Positions 57,782 to 64,000 of a DNA stretch of 64,000 nucleotides are shown here, in pieces. A program made the position numbers and the translations under genes. Each line of letters starts with the position of its first letter. Within the stretch, counting starts at the first letter, position 1. The stretch is taken from the NCBI GenBank assembly GCA_023334545.1, contig JAADVB010000036.1, positions 40,442 to 104,441 on the forward strand, in the 5' to 3' direction. The DNA is from Salisapilia sapeloensis CBS 127946 (lineage: Eukaryota; Protista; Oomycota). The notes under the pieces were generated by a model, which saw only the letters and a list, made by a program, of their open reading frames with translations, was not told the origin of the DNA and did no database searches.

Positions 57782-58099
57782 ACGCCCAACGATTTTACGA
57801 TCATTATCTACACATCTACCGACCTAGTTCCTGCTTCTACCGCTCGAATGTCGCTTCCCGGCAGTAGGCGGGTCTTCAGATGGCACCAGTCTTCTTCAAT
57901 CAAACTTCAACTATCTCACCTATTCTTGATTGGCTGAAATCCAATTTTTACGGAATATGAGTGGATAAAATTTGAGTGGACACGAATTTGGACATCTAAT
58001 GTCATTTTTTATCTTTCTAGGAACAAGGTAGGATACTGGAGCCGCGAAGTAGACATAGCATGTAGATCGCACCTGAAAAGAGGTTTATAAGCGTTGGGG

Positions 58100-58345
58100 G
58101 AGTGTAGCACTGTGGTACGGCGCTGAAAAGCGCCGTTTGCCTCTGGTACCATGACACTCTTCACAAGTTGCTATGGCCTCGTGGTGCAAGAGCAAATCTG
58201 ACTTATCGTGTGTAGAATAGGTCGATGGCCCCATTCGACACTATTCAAGATAAGGGTCGGACATTCCATTTACTTAGATCGGTATAGAAAATAATCTAGA
58301 ACGGAATACAAGTCGCACTCTTGCTCCATGTTTTCGCAACGTTTT
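58100..58345 (+). ncRNA. Unidentified structured RNA-like element
   Basis: Several nested helices with G-U pairs favouring the + strand, a GAAA tetraloop hairpin, upstream TTTATAA and downstream T4 tracts. No match to RNA families I could check by eye. Confidence 0.5.
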
Positions 58346-58383
58346 AGCTTCTATCGTAGACTAGCTGGTGGCTTTATTCGCTC

Positions 58384-60012
58384 TCAGTCGTCACGATCAC
58401 TCAGCATCGTCTCATCTTCCTCGTTGATCGTAAACTCATCCTTCCCTTCCTCGTTCTCCGTGTCTCGGTACTGCCGAAGCAGTCTTGTATTATACGACTT
58501 GCAATCAGGATATTGGCACTGAAACTCGATCAGTTAGATGATAAACTACATGCAATCAACACACACAAGCCTAGTGTACCTTGTGATAGACAAAGTGGAA
58601 GGATGTGATCGACTTTCGTTCGCAGTCGTTGCAAAAGATGAGCGACTGAACGTCCTTGTACTCGTCCGGCATCTCTTCATGACGCAAGTGCTCATCAATA
58701 CTTGCGAAGTAGAGCTCCATGTCGCCCAACGACTTGGAACACAGAGGGCATATATAGTTTGTCTATCCACTCTTCAGTGGCTATGATCGAAATACGTATG
58801 ACTACTACTGGACGCACCATTGTGTACTCTTCGTAGCACAAAACGTGCATGCAATGTCCGCAAGGTAGAAACATGACTGGTGTCGTTGACGTGAACATGA
58901 ATGCGTGGCAAATGGGGCAGTCCGACTCGAGTGAGCGTTCGATACACTTATGATCTCGAAGACTGATGCTCATGCAAGCGTTACATCGATCGCAGTGGAA
59001 GTAGTCAACATCCAGGCCCTTTCCAAGTAAGCAAATCAGGACGACGTGACGAATCAACAAAACAAGATATAGAATATACCTTGCCAATCCGACATATCCG
59101 GCACTTTTCGCAATGGTAAATCTCTTTCTCAGGATCGTCGTCATAGAAATTGCACACGGAGCAAAAGTAATGTGCAAACTCTACTCGGCACGCATCGTTG
59201 ATACATTCTCTCGCTACTGACTACAGTGCAAGCCAGTCAGATTGATGCAGCGCGTACGTATTAGAAACTCATACTTGCTCAGTGTGGCAAGACATACAGG
59301 AGATCCTTTCTATGGTATATCTATCGATGGCATGGTCCTCGTTGTCATCTAAATTAGCCTCAGTCTACATAGCAACACAGCTACGACGGTAGTCGTACCG
59401 TGACAAAAGCGGCAGGTATACCACCGCTCGCAACATGCTGCTTGGATCTTGCATCCACGTCTAAAGTCCAAGAGGTAGAGCAAGCTCATGTTTTATCGAA
59501 AGAATAATGTAGAACAAGAAGGATGTACCTGTAGTGAGGACAGCCAAGTACTTTGTTTTCTTCGTCCTACGAGTAGAATTTCGTGAATACGTCTAGTCAA
59601 GGATCATACAGCAACGTAGTAACTGCACAATACATGATAGGTGACAAGGGTGCGTGGTTTGACTTGCATCGTAGACTTCATCGATGTGTCCGTGTCTTTC
59701 TGACTTTTCATCCATTGCTGCATCATCAGATTTTGCATGCACTTAGCTTTCTCCCCCGGCGTAAGTGTCTTGCTGGACTGTATTATGCGGATCTGCTCCT
59801 TCAATGCCTGTTGTCGCATCTACTTGAAATATGCGTTCAGCTTGAGACCATAAAGCGAGATAAGAAACATATTCAGGTGCCTTTTCAGATGAATCCGAAG
59901 ATGGGCCGGAAGCTCGAGGATGTTCACTGACATGTGCCACAGCCAAATCCTCTGCGCTCGCTTCGACATCAGTAGCACTAGGAATGTCAAGGGGTAAGAA
60001 TGCATCGGTCAT
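58384..60012 (-). CDS. RCHY1: CHY zinc-finger/RING E3 ligase (RCHY1/Pirh2-like), multi-exon
   Basis: CCERWYTCRFCH, YFHCDRCNACM, CPICH...FLPCGHCMH..C RING, and a C-terminal IFCNDC...YHK|C...CKSYNT zinc ribbon. Confidence 0.9.
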
Positions 60013-60499
60013 CGGCAGATGGGGATGATCGCATCAAAGAAAGTTATCTACCTCGCATCCATGTTTGTTATCTTGTGGTGCTTTGCGATAATAGCAGTAG
60101 AAGAGCGTGTCGTTAATTTTGCCTTCGTGATGTAATCTCCACAAATATAAAATGAAACGTTAAGGCGCCCGATTTGGATGTTCGAGTAGTATGCTCTTGC
60201 CGTCACGATAAGTAAAATGTAGACATGAAGTGGGCTTTCTACCGGTCAGGATATTTAAAAACTATGACCATGTTCGTCCAGCAGATATCCGGGTATTGTG
60301 CAAGGTATTGAAGGCATTATGAAAATAGAGACGCAAAAAGTGTAGTAGCAATCAATGTCTAATTCTTTGGCGGGTCACCCTACTCGTGCATCTCTGTTCA
60401 CGTACATCGTCCGTTCCTCTGCCATGCTGTCAGTCGGACAATAGTGTTGAGCGTACCGTGGTGTATCGCCGAAGTCCTTCAGGTTGAAGTTGCATTCTA

Positions 60500-60649
60500 T
60501 TTACTTGCAACATTGAGCTCTTCGCCATTTCAGTTGGACAGAGTACAGTATGACTCACAATGTCTCCTAATTATTCCATCCACCACTGTACTATCCCTGT
60601 TCCGAAATAATAGTGAAGAGCTCAATAACTCAAGTAAACCGAAGAGCTC
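60500..60649 (+). other. Long imperfect intergenic hairpin (pre-miRNA-like or MITE relic)
   Basis: Helices of 8, 14, 5, 6 and 8 bp between 60500..60549 and 60585..60638. Confidence 0.65.
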
Positions 60650-60981
60650 CCGGAGTCTTACGCGCGCTTTTCAAATGTGCACATTTCGATCACCAGTCGT
60701 AGCTTGAACTCTTCTCGAAGATCATCTCCTCCTGATCCCATCCAAGACAAACGATCACTTGATTGCATACTCCTAGTTTGACAGGAAAGTTATATAGAAG
60801 TGCTACGCTAGGTTTCCAATGCCAAGTAGCATACCGAAATCGGCTATTATCTGCGAACGCGGGATTGCCCGATTCGATTGTCATGAAAATAATTACAAAA
60901 TGTAAATCCCCAATGTTGCCGTATCGGTATTCTGCGTGAACATGGCCTCTCTTCTGTTCTTAGTGAAGCAGTTGTAATTTC

Positions 60982-63058
60982 CTAGAAAGTGTCATACCAC
61001 TGACATCTCTCCAGGATGTCTCCAGCCAATAATCCCATCTTGGTCGGGCGAAAGGCTAGCTCCTGCAACTTTTTCGCCAAGCTCGTCTGGATGCGCATAT
61101 CCAATCCCGACATTATCTCGGCTCGTTCAGCAAAGCTCGATAGCCAGTGTAAGGCTACTTGTTCATCTGGCATATCATCATCTCCATCATCTGCAATGAG
61201 AGTCACGAAAGCAGCACACAGTGCGTTGATCGATGCTGTCGACAGCTCTGGCGTGGTCAAAGAACTAGATAATGAAGACAGTGTACGGGCCAATAGCTGC
61301 ATGTCGTCCGCAAGCAATGTAAGTCGAATGGCAAGGTCCATTTCACCGCACAATATTGCCTCTGTGATGGCATCCTCCCGGGTCCAATTGAACGCTTCAT
61401 CTTGATCAATTTGTGATATGCCGCCGGCCTTCGAAGCTAGTTGTATTGATGCGTCGCCGTCCTTTTGTAGAGGCTGGTGAAGGACAGTGTTGTTCCAAGG
61501 CTTATTGTGTTTCATTCCTTGCGAACGAATAAGTTTCTTTAATGGCACCCGCTCCACCGTGTCGGTCCTTGGACCGCTTTTACTTAATCGCAATGAGACC
61601 GGCTGATGCTCTCCTACTGTCCCAGTGGAGATTGTTGCCGGTAACGCCATATCGCCCTCACCATCATCCTCTGGAAAGTTATCTTCGATGGGTGGACGAA
61701 CAGACGTAGACCGCGTCGGTGATGGTGCCCGCGACCAACTCTGGGAAAGCGCGTGGAAGTCGTTGTATTCCTCATCTGACGCTGGATGTGTCCCTCGCGT
61801 CCATCTCTTGTTAAGTTTCTCAAAAACCGCAGTAGCACTCTTGGCGACAGTCCGAACGACTGAAATCGAATCATGGCGTGCAGTTAGAAGTAGCTTTCTC
61901 AATCGATCCTACACATGCATTTAGTTCTATCCAAGGAGCTGAACAAGACAACAGGTCTACGGCATTAATTTGAAAGAAATGACTAGTCTTGTCTTCATCT
62001 CGTTCATTCGACACTGCAAAGACTCGAAGGAGAATCTCTAGGAGCTCGATCGCTCGTCGTCGTTGCACCCACTCACTTCGACCGGCTTTTAGAAAAGCAA
62101 CTTCAAGGCATTCGTATATTGCCGGCACATGCTTCGAGACAATATCATAGATATCATTTTGGTCGCACATTGTAGAAGCATAGCTCGTCAATTCACACGC
62201 CGCTTGGAAGATCAAGAGTGCTTGGGTAAATAAAGTTCCGTGCACACTTCCATCCACTTTGAAAGCATACCTCGCCAGCATACTTTGTAGGAACGGCCGG
62301 ACATAACGCGTATGACTTGTCATCGTATCCACTGGTAACGTCGATTTTTGGCCTTCCAAATCCAGTGGGTATATAAGCGCACAGAGGCACTTCATCGCAC
62401 TCTCTCCTTCGATGGATGTAGCATCCTGGAGCAGTCTGACTGCAACTCGATCAAACGCTTGTTCGCTCCGTTTATCAACACTTTCGTCTATAGCATTCGC
62501 GTCGTGCCCGTCACATGCGAGCGGTAGTACGTAGAGCGCAATGGAGGATGCAATAATCTCACATGCTGATGCGACTTTGCTACTTGAATCTTTCAAACGC
62601 TTCGACATGTAGGACAATGAGCGAGGAAGCTGTTTAAGTGCGACTTTCGGATGACTCTTGCATAATGCTGCAAGGAGAAGCACTAGCAGTCTTTTGGTAG
62701 ACGACCTCGGTGGATGCTATAGTTTGAGGGATCAGGAAGTGATGTGTTGTGGATCTAGATGTGATGTACCTCATTCCGTATGATGAGTGCGTGAAGGTCG
62801 AGGACGAGTACTTCATCAAGACGTTGAAGTCGTGACCTAGTGAAATGCCAAGTTACCAATAGACGATTAACAAGCTACAGTTGGATCGTACAAGAGCCTT
62901 TGGAAGGCTTGCTGCTGAGTGTCCAGATCGTTTAATTTGACGATTAGATCCCGCAGTTCATCTAGATTGGCACGATACTCTTCCCGCGCGCGTTCTAACC
63001 GCCGTCGAGCTTTCATCGACGTACCACGTGGTCTCCTCATACCCTCTACTTGATGCAT
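60982..63058 (-). CDS. TORTIFOLIA1/SPIRAL2-like HEAT-repeat microtubule-associated protein, multi-exon
   Basis: N-terminal LIVKLNDLDTQQQAF, HEAT repeats (KRLKDSSSKV, WVQRRRAIELL, ARHDSISVVR), and a C-terminal WTR...GEMDLA...DDMQLLAR...ALHWL domain. Confidence 0.7.
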
Positions 63059-63812
63059 GATATCAAAATTCAATCAGGCTTTTTCTTGTTCATCTATTTA
63101 TAGGATGTATAGATATAACTACGTAGAAGCATGTAGGATACTGGTGATTTGCCATAGCGAAGATCGAGGAGCATGATGTGAAGGTCTATAGATGGCAAAC
63201 GCTACTGCTTTCATTCCACTTGAATAAAATGCTCCAATAATGGGTTCGGTCATTGTTGTGGCAAACTTCCGTCAGAAAAGAATTTTTTTTGACAAATAAA
63301 TGTATCTAACTTTTAATTGTTCGTCCGCAAGTAAAATCTTCGACACACTGTATGCGCCTATCTATTGAACTATGTAGCGTGTCAACTGGCATGCCAAAGT
63401 CGCAAGAAATGCGGCTCGAACAGTACGTTCGCTTATGTCGAGCTTTGAGCAGAAACTCGCCACTGCTTGGATACTTTTCAATCTACATCCCAAGGTCGCT
63501 TACAACTTTTTCATGCATAAGCAGCGACTTTTTAAATGATAATTTGCATATTATTGTAAAGCGAAATGTGACTATGGGTAGCCGAGTCAACTCATTTCAT
63601 AGCTTTGACCGGACTGTCATTTAGCGAACAATTTGCTCGGTTGTAGAGCAGTCGCCTGTGCAATATCGAATATTGCTTGTCTGTCTCCGACTACCTATTA
63701 ACCCATACTATTCTCTCACAATTCATTAGCGACAGCGTAGCTATCGCCAGCATCTACCACTACACTATGCGCTGCAATTTTGCATCTCTCAGATGATAAG
63801 GATGGCTTTGAA

Positions 63813-63998
63813 CTAATCATAAATGGCAAAGACACATCGTCCGGCGAGCGACATGGGCATCAGGCCGACGGTCGCGTCTTCCGTGTCATTCGCGTTGGTG
63901 GATTTGCGGCAGCAGAGACGCGTGAGGAGGGAGTCCTCGCCCGCGTGGATGGTCGCGACGATGCCGACCGCGATGGTGCCGACGAGCGTGATGACGAG
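63813..63998 (-). CDS. 3' end of a membrane-protein gene running off the window
   Basis: Open minus frame LVITLVGTIAVGIVATIHAGEDSLLTRLCCRK...FAIYD* with strong C/G-ending codon bias. Not in the supplied ORF track. Confidence 0.7.
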   Translation of the reverse strand, partial: LVITLVGTIAVGIVATIHAGEDSLLTRLCCRKSTNANDTEDATVGLMPMSLAGRCVFAIYD

Positions 63999-64000
63999 GA

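Noticed and set aside
58096-58135. tRNA-like start GGGGGAGTGTAGC...TGGTA
   Set aside because: No anticodon arm or TTCRA T-loop at the required spacing.
58190-58270. RNase P/MRP CR-I/CR-V-like words (GGAATGTCCGAC, AAGTCAGATT on the minus strand)
   Set aside because: Only ~60 nt apart, contain an A-C mismatch on that strand, and lack the intervening P-domain helices.
1-64000. CRISPR arrays, rRNA genes, intact LTR/DDE transposons, RxLR or CRN effectors
   Set aside because: No spaced direct repeats, rRNA signatures, RT/integrase/transposase motifs, or signal peptide plus RxLR-dEER/LFLAK motifs seen.

Overview
Eukaryotic, very gene-dense window from an oomycete, probably Pythiales/Peronosporales-like. 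The assignment rests on an elicitin-like gene, oomycete Inr/FPR core promoters and flagellar genes. I find about 36 protein-coding genes with short (~48-110 nt) GT-AG introns, and start codons or stop codons often only 30-160 bp apart. Most are housekeeping: mitochondrial DnaJ, MOCS3, NSUN2/TRM4, BMS1, ATG18, HADHA, CFAP36, RMI2, WDR31, PEX13, MOCS2A, an IPC/SM synthase, RCHY1 and a TORTIFOLIA1-like protein. Two tandem cytochrome P450 paralogs bracket a ~7 kb accessory-looking island with an intron-rich LRR receptor kinase and a Cys-rich membrane protein. Top finding: an intron-containing gene fusing a WW domain to a bacterial type I restriction (HsdR)-like SF2 ATPase with all motor motifs but no nuclease domain (49615-51672). 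Other highlights: an unannotated ~245 nt multi-stem RNA-like element (58100-58345), a ~140 nt pre-miRNA-like hairpin (60500-60649), a TRIM-like protein with a degenerate PARP/ART-like domain in place of the RING, and an Rv2075c-type PI-PLC-like protein. No rRNA, tRNA, CRISPR array or intact transposase was recognised. All family assignments come from motif recognition by eye, and many splice sites were inferred manually.
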